From a bacterium (GTDB lineage Bacteria; SZUA-182; DTGQ01; JAFGSM01), in assembly GCA_049472335.1 (NCBI GenBank), contig JBLIRO010000002.1, forward strand, positions 64,001 to 128,000: DNA of 64,000 bases. Reading direction: 5' to 3'. Below are positions 53,375 through 63,643 of the stretch, in pieces; the first letter of the stretch is position 1, and each line of letters opens with the position of its first letter. A program made the position numbers and the translations under genes. The notes beneath the pieces were generated by a model that did not search any database, was not told where the DNA came from, and saw only the letters and a list, made by a program, of their open reading frames with translations.

Positions 53375-53893
53375 CTAGAATATGGGAAGAAAGGGCAGAA
53401 ATCCTCCAAAAAAGGTAGAAAATATCCCGGCGGCCTCGGCTATTGGAGGCTCATAGCCTTCAGGATAGATATATACAGTATATGGAGCAACGAGGTCCTC
53501 TAATTTAATGGTATCCAATTCGGGTGGTTTGACAATTATTTTTATGCCCGTAGTTGCAGAGAGAGGAACAAATATGGTTGTAACTCCTGCAATGCTGGCG
53601 GTGGGAGCCGGCAATCCCGGCAGACCTAATAGAGGCGAAGTTGGAGACAGAACAGGTCTTGGCCCTCCAGCCAGGCCTATTGGATTGCTTAAAGGTGTAA
53701 AAAAAGGATAAACCGGAAGCCAGGCAGACTGAAAAAAAGGAAGAGACGTCTGAAATCCTATGGGTGGAAACGGTTGAAACCATTGTGCCTTTGCCGGCTG
53801 GTATAAAAAAATAAACAAGATTAATAAAAATAATATAAAGGTCTTTAATAGAAAAGGGCCGGTCCCTTTTTGATGCGATAAATAGATGTTCAT
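53375..53893 (-). CDS. Secreted Pro/Phe-rich hypothetical protein
   Basis: GAGG RBS; signal peptide AKA|QWF; Pro/aromatic-rich mature chain. Confidence 0.72.
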   Translation of the reverse strand: MNIYLSHQKGTGPFLLKTFILFLLILFIFLYQPAKAQWFQPFPPIGFQTSLPFFQSAWLPVYPFFTPLSNPIGLAGGPRPVLSPTSPLLGLPGLPAPTASIAGVTTIFVPLSATTGIKIIVKPPELDTIKLEDLVAPYTVYIYPEGYEPPIAEAAGIFSTFFGGFLPFLPIF

Positions 53894-54303
53894 GTCTTTA
53901 CCTCATTTCAGTAAGAATCAACCTTGGTTCTGTAATCCTTTCCAAACCCGCTATTAACTAGTAAAGCTTTCCATGAACCTCTATTTATGAACCTCTATTT
54001 TTATGTGCAATTCGATAGTAATTATTTTCCCTGTCCGTTCATCCTTTCCTCTGATATTACATTTTAATCTCTTTTAAAAAACTGGAATTTTGTCATTTTT
54101 AAATAAGGTCATATAAAACATTAACCTTAATTGTGTGATTATAGCAGATTTAATGCCACGGCTGTTCAAAACTGGAATGACAAAATAACAAAAATTATAT
54201 TTTTGACTATATATAATATAATTTTAAGAAAACAGAATGTAAAAAAATATTCATACAATAAAAAAAATAAGAAAAGTTTTTCATAAATCCTGATAGGTGG
54301 ATT

Positions 54304-55197
54304 TCATACCCTGTTTTTCTTATCAGGAGATATGACACACAACTCATATCGCTCTGACGCAGATTTCTTTTCCCACCATATTTTTAGACATGTGGCAGGA
54401 GAGCGGAGGACCAGGAAGCCGTCTTCTTCTTCCAGAATATCTTTCAGATAATCCCTTAGTATTGACTTTTGATGATCCGAGCATGCTCCGTATCTGAAAC
54501 TGAAGTAATTTACTGCATCTTCCATACAGGAGAACACATTGAGATGCATATACGGAAAAGCCCTTATGTGAGGATATATTCCCATTTGATATAATACATT
54601 GAAAAGAACGTCACTTCTCGGCATGGGATGAAAATCGGTTTCATGCAGAAGGGTCATGAGGTTTCGAGAATGTACATCCCATGAGGGTTCTCCGGCAAAC
54701 CAATAAAGATATATATATCTTGAAGATACATCCGTCATCTTTTTGATGGATTTCCTGATATCGAACATGCCCAGAGAAAGTGACGCTAAGACAACATCAT
54801 AGGGTGTCTTCAAATCCTTTTCGATATTAACATCTTCCCATCTTTTGCGGATGTAGTGTATATTGGTAATCCCATATTCCTCCATTTTACTTTTTAATAC
54901 CCTTATCATCCCGTCTGACGGGTCGACCGAGGTAACATGCTCCACCTTTTTCGCAATGGGGATTGCCAGGACACCGGGCCCTGATCCTATATCGAGCACC
55001 CGTGAGCTTGAATCAAAAGAGATCCCTCTGATGGTCTTTTCGATTCTTTCTCTCTGGGTTTTCTGAACCATCTTCCAATATTGAGCGGCGCTTTCTTTTT
55101 CCCAAAAAAGAGCACAATCTTTGTACCCATTCGTTTTTTGGTTCTTTAACATCTGATCTTTCCATATCCTGTTCCAGTCGATAGATTTATAATTCAT
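54304..55197 (-). CDS. Class I SAM-dependent methyltransferase
   Basis: VLDIGSGPG, VDPS..M, KRWED, YDVVLAS. Confidence 0.88.
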   Translation of the reverse strand: MNYKSIDWNRIWKDQMLKNQKTNGYKDCALFWEKESAAQYWKMVQKTQRERIEKTIRGISFDSSSRVLDIGSGPGVLAIPIAKKVEHVTSVDPSDGMIRVLKSKMEEYGITNIHYIRKRWEDVNIEKDLKTPYDVVLASLSLGMFDIRKSIKKMTDVSSRYIYLYWFAGEPSWDVHSRNLMTLLHETDFHPMPRSDVLFNVLYQMGIYPHIRAFPYMHLNVFSCMEDAVNYFSFRYGACSDHQKSILRDYLKDILEEEDGFLVLRSPATCLKIWWEKKSASERYELCVISPDKKNRV

Positions 55198-55416
55198 AAG
55201 CTTAGGTCCCTTGGTTCGTAGCTTCTTAAAATCCCGGAGAGATCTTTTTCTGAATGATTTTTTCCCCTTTTTTCAGGCCCTAAATTTAGGTAACAACAAA
55301 TTATATTTCATAACACTAATCGGGTCAAATGGGAAAAAACTTTTATAAATCCATCCGTAAAATATGGAACAGTTAAATTCAGGCTAAAACAAAAAGGTGG
55401 GAAACAGGGTCTCTTT

Positions 55417-56079
55417 TTAATCCATCAGCCCGGCTTCGGTAAAACTGAAATACCCCTTTTTGCTGACAATGATATGGTCAAGGACCCGGATACCAAGAAT
55501 ATTGCCGGCGTCGGTAAGCTGTTTGTGAGCCTTTGCGTCCGCCGAGCTTGGTTTGAGGTCTCCGGAAGGGTGATTGTGGGCGAATATGACTGCCGCAGCC
55601 CGGTCCGCAATAACATCGGCGAAGACTTCCCTGGGATGGATCTGACTGCTGTTTACAAGCCCGATAGTCACAATCCGCTTTTCTATGACTTCATTGGCAC
55701 CATTCAATGATATGCACATAAAATATTCCTGCTTCTTATTCACAATTTCCGAAAGCAATGGCAGAACTTCACAGGCGCTGCTAATTTGGACGGTTTCTTT
55801 TTGGAGGTATCGCCTTGCCAGCTCGAATGCCGAAAGGATCTGGGCCGCCTTCGCAAGGCCCATTCCCGGGACAGAAGTAAGATGGCCTAATGAAAGGCAC
55901 TCTTTATGTTCCCTGATCAGTTTAGCCACATTTCGTGATATGGTTACGATATCGACACCCTTCACTCCCCGGCCCAGAATAACAGCAACAAGCTCTTCGT
56001 CAGTCAAGGCCACCGCTCCCCTTTCCCTTAATTTCTCCCGGGGGCGGGTGTGTTCGGGCATATCTTTAATCCGCTTCAT
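55417..56079 (-). CDS. radC: RadC/JAB-domain protein
   Basis: RPREKL...G...L...EL, HhH GMGLAKA, HPREVF, AHNHPSG...PS.AD, LDHII; start at ATG 56079 (the track extension overlaps the upstream gene). Confidence 0.92.
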   Translation of the reverse strand: MKRIKDMPEHTRPREKLRERGAVALTDEELVAVILGRGVKGVDIVTISRNVAKLIREHKECLSLGHLTSVPGMGLAKAAQILSAFELARRYLQKETVQISSACEVLPLLSEIVNKKQEYFMCISLNGANEVIEKRIVTIGLVNSSQIHPREVFADVIADRAAAVIFAHNHPSGDLKPSSADAKAHKQLTDAGNILGIRVLDHIIVSKKGYFSFTEAGLMD

Positions 56080-56176
56080 TATTATAGATTTAATATCTTT
56101 TTGATCAATAAAGTGTTTTTTCCCTGTCGCATTGTCCCTGTTAATAAGCTTATGTCTGCCCTTTTGTTTTTTTGTG

Positions 56177-56797
56177 TCAGATGCCCCTATCCTCACCCAG
56201 TTCCTCAAATATCTTATTAAGGGCCTCTTCACTTGAATGCTTCTTTGCTTTGCGAAAGAGATATTCCTTGTTTATTTCCTGACCATGCACAGACAAGACA
56301 CCTTTGATCCAATTTCTGGCATCTTCCAAATGCTCGTGTATATAACTATCTAACCGGTCTATGATCATATCCTCGAATCCAATAATAAAGCAACTCATAT
56401 CCTCGATTTTCACTTCGATTAAAGAGTCATCTCCTCCAGCTAAATCGAAGCTTTTTGCTTCAATGGTCACATCAATATCTTCTCTGATCCAACATCTTCC
56501 TTCCTTATGAAAACCCAGTTTTGAGAAGATTGAATTCACCTCATCCGTTCCTGGCAGGACAATATCGATACCACCTGTTGTATATCTAACCGGTTTAACC
56601 AGTATATCCGGTTTGTTTTGTTTATCCTCATCCTCTATATAATATTCAAGGGTCTCTCCGCCGACAAGAACAGGCCTCTCTCCTATTGTTTTCAAAGCCT
56701 CTGTGAGTATAGCGACTATCCATAAGTGGCGTTTTAAGGGATTATTAATGACATCGGGATTTTGTAAACGATTTCTCAACTCTTCAAAAGGTATCAT
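56177..56797 (-). CDS. Nucleotidyltransferase-fold (DUF6036-like) hypothetical protein
   Basis: PVLVGG.(T)LEYY...YTTGGIDIV, LGF.KEGR.W, EDMIIDRL. Confidence 0.6.
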   Translation of the reverse strand: MIPFEELRNRLQNPDVINNPLKRHLWIVAILTEALKTIGERPVLVGGETLEYYIEDEDKQNKPDILVKPVRYTTGGIDIVLPGTDEVNSIFSKLGFHKEGRCWIREDIDVTIEAKSFDLAGGDDSLIEVKIEDMSCFIIGFEDMIIDRLDSYIHEHLEDARNWIKGVLSVHGQEINKEYLFRKAKKHSSEEALNKIFEELGEDRGI

Positions 56798-57268
56798 TAT
56801 GGTTAATCTCTAAGGGTTTAATCCATTGATACTTGATTCGTTTAAGCCTTTAATGGACACCCATTATGATTCAATATTGAACTATGTCCAACTATTACTT
56901 TTTTAAGTTTGATGATGGCGAAATGCTTAAGTCTTTAACCAAAGAATCTCTAATTTAAAACTTGCCCGAAAATGATGAGGGTGATGGAAATGCTTTTTTG
57001 GCTTAAAGCTATAGCAGCTTTTTTACCAAATAGACGAGAATCTTTATCCCCCCTGAGAGACTCTTACATATATAAGAATCAAAATCATTATGAATCATAA
57101 AAATACTTTTCTAACCCTTTAACAGGGTACAAGAAAAGCTATTTTATGATTATTTAAAGATAAGTATACTAGATAATTTTCTATTGTCAAATAGAAGTAT
57201 ACAGCAATTCTAATTGCCGGGCTGTCTGTGCTTTACGAGTGCATCAGTAATTAATGTTAAGGATAAAA

Positions 57269-60200
57269 TTAATTTTCATCCACAACTGTAATTGATTTGG
57301 CGCTTACATGTTCGAAAGGTGTGGTAACTTCCACCTGAAGGATACCAAAGGTTTTCCCATCCTCGCTTGGCAGCAATGTTACCGAAAATTCTGTAGCTCC
57401 CGGTCCACCCTGGTTTGTATTAGGCACCTTAAAATCTTTTGACTGAGAATCATCAGCGAAAACACCATTAGTCGTTTTCACAGTAATCTCAGTGCTGCAA
57501 GGCATTGGATTATTATTGATATCGACAATGGTTACTGTAACTGTCTGACTGTTTTTACCTATTAGATTTACTGATGCAGGATCGAAGGTTATGACTGCAA
57601 AACTGCTTGACATAACCAGGGTTATATCTTCCTGAACATAAACCAGTTCCTTTGTGCACAAACCCAGTTCCTCAGCTTCATCAGAACATAATGTGCCATT
57701 ATAGATGCCATTGGGCACACCATCAAAATTCCCGTTATCATCATAATCCCAGTACTCTTCTCCAAAATCGTAGACGCCGTTTTCATTATCGTCCCGGAAT
57801 GGCTCAGCCAAATCAGTATCATTATCAAACCAGTCTAATTCGTCGAAAATGCCGTTTCCGTTTACATCTGTAAAGCTTTCTTCCCCTATGCAAAATGCCA
57901 GTATCGTAAACCGGCCATTAACAGGCTTTGGATTGCCACTTCGCCATTGTACCTCACATACTCCTTCTTTTATGGTGGAGGAGGCAATTATGGAGCCCCC
58001 TTCAGTGGTAAAATAAACAACAGTCCCGTCGGGCACAAAATTATTAAAAAGGTCGGCAGCTTGAAATATTATTGGGACTTCCACATTATTGTAATTCCAT
58101 GCTTCAGGATTAAGTGTTTCGGCGCTTATGGAAATACTGTTCTGGTCAGGGAGGCCGGTGCCTACTGCTAGCTCATCAGATACTATCGTGATTGAGGGAT
58201 TGTCAGCCAAGGTTGCACGAACCCTTACATGAGTAGGTATATTGCCGGCCTTCACAGTGACTTGAACCAGTCCTTCAGTATTAGAAATTGCACTTGAACT
58301 TGATAATGAAAGCCCTCCTATTTCCGTAGAAAGTGTGAAATTGACGGCCTGGTTGAGGACCGGACTGCCATATTCGTCAACAGCCTTGAAGACCACAACC
58401 GAGGTCTCGGAACGGGCCGGACCCCCGGTGCCTTTAAGTGCAATGGTCTGGGGAGTGGCAGAAACAAAATCGATACCGCTGGCTTTTTCCAAAGATCCGG
58501 TATCAATTATGAAATGTATTGATTTCTGGACATAGACTAATTCTTTGGTGCATAAACCTAATGCCTCAGCTTCGTCTGAACATAATGAGCCATTATAAAT
58601 TTCGTTGGGCACACCATCAAAGTCCCCGTCAGCATTAAAGTCCCAGTATTCTTCTCCATAATCGTAGACGCCGTTTTCATTATCGTCCCGGAAAGGCTCC
58701 GCCAAATCCGTACTTAAATCGAATTGATCATTCGGATCGAAAAATCCGTTTCCGTTTTTATCATTAAAGCTTTCCTCACCTATACAAAAAGCCAGAATTG
58801 TTATCCGGCCGTCATTGGGGATCGGATTTCCACAATACCAAGGTACATATTTTTTATTTTTATAAATACATTTTCCGTCTTCTATTACCGCGGAAGCAGG
58901 GATTGAACCACCTTCAGTGGTAAAGTAAACAACCGTACCATCCGGAACAAAATTATTAAAGTGATCTGCAGCCAGAAAGATTATCGGAATCTCCAAAAAA
59001 CCGTCTTCGTACTCTTCAAGCGATATTTTATATTCTCTTGGACCTAAAGAAATACTGTTTTGATCAGGAAGTCCGGTGCTTACGGCAAGCTCATCCGAGA
59101 CTACCGTGATTAAGGGATTGCTGGCCAGATACGCATGAACCCTTACATGAGTAGGCATATTGCCGGCATTCACGGTAACACGAACCAAACCGTCGGCATC
59201 TGATATAGCACTGGGGCTTGATAGTGAAAGCCCTCCGATTTCCGTTGAAAGCTTGAAGTTGATATTCTGCTTCTGAACCGGATTCCCGTTTTCATCGACT
59301 ACCATGAAGATAAGGACCGATGTCTCGGAACGGGCAGGACCTCCTGTGCCCTTGAGCGCAAGGGCTTCGGGAGTGGCAGAGATGAAATCGATAGAAGAGA
59401 CGTTTCCGGAGGACCATTCCTTTTGAACGTCTATCTTCATTAACTGCAAGGATTTTTGAACATAGACCAGCTCTTTGGTGCATAAGCCCAGGGCCTCGGC
59501 TTCATCAGAACATAATGAGCCATTATAGATACCGTTGGGCACACCATCGAATTCTCCGTTCCCATTATAATCCCAGTATTCTTCTCCATAATCATACTGG
59601 TCATTTTCGTTATCATCGCGAAAGGGCTCAGCCATATCGCTGGAATGATCGAACCAATCTTCCGCATCGAAATGCCCGTTTCCGTTTACATCCGTAAAGC
59701 TTTCTTCACCTATACAAACCGCCAGAATTGTTATTGTGTCGTCCTCAGGGACCGGATTCCCGCTTCTCCACCTGACTTTGCAGCCCCCTCTTTCCGTCTT
59801 GGCGGAGGATTCTATGGAACCTCCTTCAGTTGTAAAATAGACGACAGTTCCGTCAGGCACGCAGTTATTGAAGTGGTCTGCAGCCTGAAATACTATATCA
59901 AGCTCCGCTTTACCATATGCCCATTCGTCGTATTCAATCTCTACAAATTTTGAAAATAAAGTAACACTGTTTTGATCGGGGAGACCGGTGCTTACTACAA
60001 GCTCGTCAGAGACTACTCTGATTAAAGGATTGCTGTCCAGGCTGGCATGCACTCTAACATGAGTGGCCATATTTCCGGAGTTAACGGTCACTTTAACCAA
60101 TCCTTCAAAATCCGACACATCATTTGAATTTGATAATGAAAGCCCCCCTATTTCCGTGGAGAGATGGAAGTCGACCGTCTGATTCGGTACCGGATCCCCG

Positions 60201-61357
60201 AATTTATCAACTACCTTAAAAACCAGGACCGAAGTCTCGGTCCGGGGCGGGCCTCCCGTACCCTTAAGGGCTATAGTCTGGGGAGTGGCAGAGATGAAAT
60301 CGATGGAACCCGGTTCTCCAAAAGAGATATCATCAATGACTAAATATATCGAGTCCTGAACATAAACAAGTTCTTTGGAGCATAAACCCAGAGCTTCCGC
60401 TTCATCAGAACATAATACACCATTATAAATACCATTGGGCTCACCATCGAATTTCCCATTATGATTATAGTCCCAGTATTCTTCTTTATAATCATATTGG
60501 CCATTTTCGTTATCATCACGAAAGGGTTCGGCCATATCGGTATTCGGATCGAAATCATCTTCTGGATCGAAAAATCCATTTCCATTTACATCCTTAAAGC
60601 TTTCTTCACCTATAGAAAAAGCCAGAATTCTGATTTGACCATCTTTGGGGATAGGATTTACAAAATGCCATACTACCTCACATACTCCGTCTGTTATTGT
60701 TGAGCTTCCAATTATTGAACCCCCTTCAGTGGTAAAATAAACAACACTTCCATCCGGTACGAAATTATTAAAATGGTCTGCAGCATAAAATTTTATTTTG
60801 ACATCATCACAAAATGCAGATATTGGGATATGTCCCTTGCAAATTTCAAAATCCGATGTTTCTGCACACAAAGTAATGCTGTTTTGATCGGGAAGGCCTG
60901 TAGTTACAGCAAGCTCATTGGAGACTACCATTATCGAAGGATTTCTATCCAAAGTGGCATGAACCCTTATATGGGTTGGCATATTGCCGGAATTCACCGT
61001 AACCTGAACCAAACCTGCGGAATCAGACACTGCCTTTGAATTTGACAGAAATAGCCCCCCGATTTCCGTAGAGAGACGGAAGTTGACGATCTGATTCGGG
61101 ACCGGATCCCCATATTCATCAACTACCTTGAAAACAAGGACAGATGTCTCGGAGCGGGGCGGACCTCCCGTACCCTTAAGGGCGATTGTCTGAGGGGTGG
61201 CGGAGATGAAATCGATAGAATTAGCGGTGTTATTGTTATTGCCTACGGGTTTCTCTTTTTCAGTGGGGGTGCTAAAATTTGAGCCTCCTCCACCGCATCC
61301 GACTATTAGCAAACTAACCAGCAAAAGAATTGTGACATTGGTTACTAACCACTTCAT
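57269..61357 (-). CDS. Giant surface lipoprotein with four tandem ~305-aa Ig-like/Ca-binding repeats
   Basis: Lipobox LIVG|C-GGGG; repeats start (S/G)IDF(I/V)SATP..(I/L)ALKGTGGP; invasin-like V(V)D..G.PV.NQ.V.F motif; DxNxNG motifs. Confidence 0.88.
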   Translation of the reverse strand: MKWLVTNVTILLLVSLLIVGCGGGGSNFSTPTEKEKPVGNNNNTANSIDFISATPQTIALKGTGGPPRSETSVLVFKVVDEYGDPVPNQIVNFRLSTEIGGLFLSNSKAVSDSAGLVQVTVNSGNMPTHIRVHATLDRNPSIMVVSNELAVTTGLPDQNSITLCAETSDFEICKGHIPISAFCDDVKIKFYAADHFNNFVPDGSVVYFTTEGGSIIGSSTITDGVCEVVWHFVNPIPKDGQIRILAFSIGEESFKDVNGNGFFDPEDDFDPNTDMAEPFRDDNENGQYDYKEEYWDYNHNGKFDGEPNGIYNGVLCSDEAEALGLCSKELVYVQDSIYLVIDDISFGEPGSIDFISATPQTIALKGTGGPPRTETSVLVFKVVDKFGDPVPNQTVDFHLSTEIGGLSLSNSNDVSDFEGLVKVTVNSGNMATHVRVHASLDSNPLIRVVSDELVVSTGLPDQNSVTLFSKFVEIEYDEWAYGKAELDIVFQAADHFNNCVPDGTVVYFTTEGGSIESSAKTERGGCKVRWRSGNPVPEDDTITILAVCIGEESFTDVNGNGHFDAEDWFDHSSDMAEPFRDDNENDQYDYGEEYWDYNGNGEFDGVPNGIYNGSLCSDEAEALGLCTKELVYVQKSLQLMKIDVQKEWSSGNVSSIDFISATPEALALKGTGGPARSETSVLIFMVVDENGNPVQKQNINFKLSTEIGGLSLSSPSAISDADGLVRVTVNAGNMPTHVRVHAYLASNPLITVVSDELAVSTGLPDQNSISLGPREYKISLEEYEDGFLEIPIIFLAADHFNNFVPDGTVVYFTTEGGSIPASAVIEDGKCIYKNKKYVPWYCGNPIPNDGRITILAFCIGEESFNDKNGNGFFDPNDQFDLSTDLAEPFRDDNENGVYDYGEEYWDFNADGDFDGVPNEIYNGSLCSDEAEALGLCTKELVYVQKSIHFIIDTGSLEKASGIDFVSATPQTIALKGTGGPARSETSVVVFKAVDEYGSPVLNQAVNFTLSTEIGGLSLSSSSAISNTEGLVQVTVKAGNIPTHVRVRATLADNPSITIVSDELAVGTGLPDQNSISISAETLNPEAWNYNNVEVPIIFQAADLFNNFVPDGTVVYFTTEGGSIIASSTIKEGVCEVQWRSGNPKPVNGRFTILAFCIGEESFTDVNGNGIFDELDWFDNDTDLAEPFRDDNENGVYDFGEEYWDYDDNGNFDGVPNGIYNGTLCSDEAEELGLCTKELVYVQEDITLVMSSSFAVITFDPASVNLIGKNSQTVTVTIVDINNNPMPCSTEITVKTTNGVFADDSQSKDFKVPNTNQGGPGATEFSVTLLPSEDGKTFGILQVEVTTPFEHVSAKSITVVDEN
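57600..61219 (-). repeat. Four intragenic tandem repeats (periods 912, 912, 918 bp)
   Basis: Unit starts at 61219, 60307, 59395 and 58477. Confidence 0.9.
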
Positions 61358-61403
61358 GATCAGATCCCTCCAAAGTAATCAAAAAAATTTAATATTTATT
61401 TAA

Positions 61404-62105
61404 TTATTCATAATGATAAGCGAAGCCTATCAATGCATGATGCGTTCCCAGTTCGGTTTCTATTTTGACCCTGTTGCCGTTGACATCTTCCTCAAAATCC
61501 GGTTTGAACTGCGTGTACCTGTATTCAAGGAATAATGAAAGGTTTCCCTTGAACATCTTTTCAATCCCCGCGCGGATATCCAGGCCGATATCCAGGGATC
61601 TATCGGAATATTTCCCGGAAAGCTGTCCGGGAGAATAACCCAGCATATCGAGTATTTTTGAATTCGCGATTTCATATTTAATGCTGGTTAAGAATATCCC
61701 CGGTCCGATGCCACCATAAAAAAGGTATTCACCCTTCGGATAAATATCCCTTTTTACCAAAGGTATCCTGAACATTAGAAGACCTGATACCGGAGTTACT
61801 CTCAGGTGTCCCTTGTCAATATTTTTTTGCCTGATGTCATGTTTGAAATGACTGGCCTCCAGGGCGATTCCTGCCCAACTCAAGCTTTCGAACCAATATC
61901 CCATGCGATATCCGATCGTGAAGGAATTATCAAGGTCTGCTTCTTCGGTCTCACTTTTTCCAGGGACCATAAAGGTTAACCCTTCATCTGCGCCGAGTGA
62001 GAGTCCTGCGTGAAGACCCACAAATGTCTCCGCCTTGGCCAACAGCGGATTAAGACTTAGTACGGCTGCTATTCCTGTAATCATTAATAATTTTATAAGC
62101 TTCAC
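61404..62105 (-). CDS. Outer-membrane beta-barrel protein (OmpA/Opa-like fold)
   Basis: Signal peptide (AKA|E), alternating beta strands G.RMGYWF, YGGIGPG, LFLEYRY; GTG start at 62105 with AAGGAG RBS. Confidence 0.8.
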   Translation of the reverse strand: MKLIKLLMITGIAAVLSLNPLLAKAETFVGLHAGLSLGADEGLTFMVPGKSETEEADLDNSFTIGYRMGYWFESLSWAGIALEASHFKHDIRQKNIDKGHLRVTPVSGLLMFRIPLVKRDIYPKGEYLFYGGIGPGIFLTSIKYEIANSKILDMLGYSPGQLSGKYSDRSLDIGLDIRAGIEKMFKGNLSLFLEYRYTQFKPDFEEDVNGNRVKIETELGTHHALIGFAYHYE

Positions 62106-62248
62106 CTTGATGTCTCCTTTTTTCAAAAAGTAAATAGTCAAAGCATAAAAAAATATCTATAAATTTAACTTGTTATTATTAAGGTTTATATGTCCACAAA
62201 TGATTATAATTTTCTATAATCAGGACTTGATCACAGTCCTTTGGTTTT

Positions 62249-63592
62249 TCAAGTACTGCCAAAATAGCACCTCCAAGCCAATTCCAGTATCTCTTTGTTA
62301 AGTTCCAATTGTTGCCCATGAAAATGGCAGATATCCAGGGCCCGCTCAATCAAATCACGGGGCTCACAGCAGCGAAGCGGGCGTTTTTCGGCCCCGTATC
62401 GGGCAAGCAAGTGTTCGATGACCTCCGGTTTTACAACTATGTTATAGCGAGCTGCATACTGCCGAAAGATTTCTGAATAGCGTTCGGGGGCCGGATCGCT
62501 TAGGCGGAGCCGGTAGCCGATCCGGCGCAAGAACGCTGGCAACATTACTTTGTGTGGATCAAGGTTGGTCGACACAATCAGCATCTGCCTGAAAGGGACT
62601 TCCAATTGCTGACCTGTTTGCAGGGTGAGGTAATCAACCTGCCGCTCCAGGGGAAGAATCCATCTGCTTAACAATTTATGTGGCTCCACACGCTGGCAGC
62701 CAAAGTCATCCAGAAGAAATATCCCGCCATTGGCCTTGAAGTGAAGGGGTGCTTCATAATAACCCAAACTGGGGATATAAATCAGATCCAAGGCTTCAAT
62801 GGTCAACTCTCCGCCCACCACAACAAAAGGGAGCCTTATGCGAATCCAACGTGTGTCGATCTTACGCATCAAGTCATCTTCCAGTTCGATCGGTACGACT
62901 TTATGGCATTCCGGATCGAAGACACGTATGATATGGTTATCAATACCTATGCAATAGGGTATCCATAAATATCCTTCCATTGCGTCGGAAAGCAAATGCC
63001 CCAGCAGCGTTTTCCCATTGCCTGGCGGCCCATATATAAACAAAGTTCGGCGGGACATCACCGCCAGCCCTGCTATGTGTATGGCGTCTTCAGGCAAAAC
63101 CATATGCGAAATAGCCTTATTAACCTTTTCAGGGGTGACTTCCGGAAGGTGTTTAAACTGCAGCTCAAGGTTTTTTGTATAATCGTTCAGGGAAACCGGA
63201 GCGGGACCAACATAACCGGAGACTTCGAGCAATCTGACAGCCCGGGCCCGTCCCCTGTCAGTGATTGTGAATCTGAAATTGAACGGTTCTGCCTGTCCGA
63301 GGATCTCCAACATTCCATCTTTTTGAAGCTGCTCAAGCAATACAGTCACAAGGTGCAAAGGAAGACACAATTTCGAAGCAGCGAAACGAGCGGTGAATTT
63401 CGGCAGTGTATACGCGAGCTTGAGGGCAAGGTTTGATAAGACATCCGTGCTCACTCCCATATCCTCCAAATTTGAGGGCGCAGTAGGAGCAAGGCCCTTA
63501 TCTCCCAATCCGATCAATTTTGTGTTCTCAACCGGTTTGTGGAGGTTGTTCTTCAGCTTGCTATAAATATTGTCATAAGTTAATCTCATCAT
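62249..63592 (-). CDS. AAA+ family ATPase with winged-helix-like N-terminal region
   Basis: Walker A YGPPGNGKT, Walker B FLLDDFG, STNL.P, AFLRR, PRDL. Confidence 0.85.
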   Translation of the reverse strand: MMRLTYDNIYSKLKNNLHKPVENTKLIGLGDKGLAPTAPSNLEDMGVSTDVLSNLALKLAYTLPKFTARFAASKLCLPLHLVTVLLEQLQKDGMLEILGQAEPFNFRFTITDRGRARAVRLLEVSGYVGPAPVSLNDYTKNLELQFKHLPEVTPEKVNKAISHMVLPEDAIHIAGLAVMSRRTLFIYGPPGNGKTLLGHLLSDAMEGYLWIPYCIGIDNHIIRVFDPECHKVVPIELEDDLMRKIDTRWIRIRLPFVVVGGELTIEALDLIYIPSLGYYEAPLHFKANGGIFLLDDFGCQRVEPHKLLSRWILPLERQVDYLTLQTGQQLEVPFRQMLIVSTNLDPHKVMLPAFLRRIGYRLRLSDPAPERYSEIFRQYAARYNIVVKPEVIEHLLARYGAEKRPLRCCEPRDLIERALDICHFHGQQLELNKEILELAWRCYFGST

Positions 63593-63643
63593 TTAACCTC
63601 ATGAATAAATCTATTAATGCAATACAGCCAATTCCTGCCAAAT

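Noticed and set aside
54076..54186. AAAAACTGGAAT direct repeat with TTTTGTCATT/AATGACAAAA inverted pair
   Set aside because: Short, AT-rich matches; insufficient support for an element.
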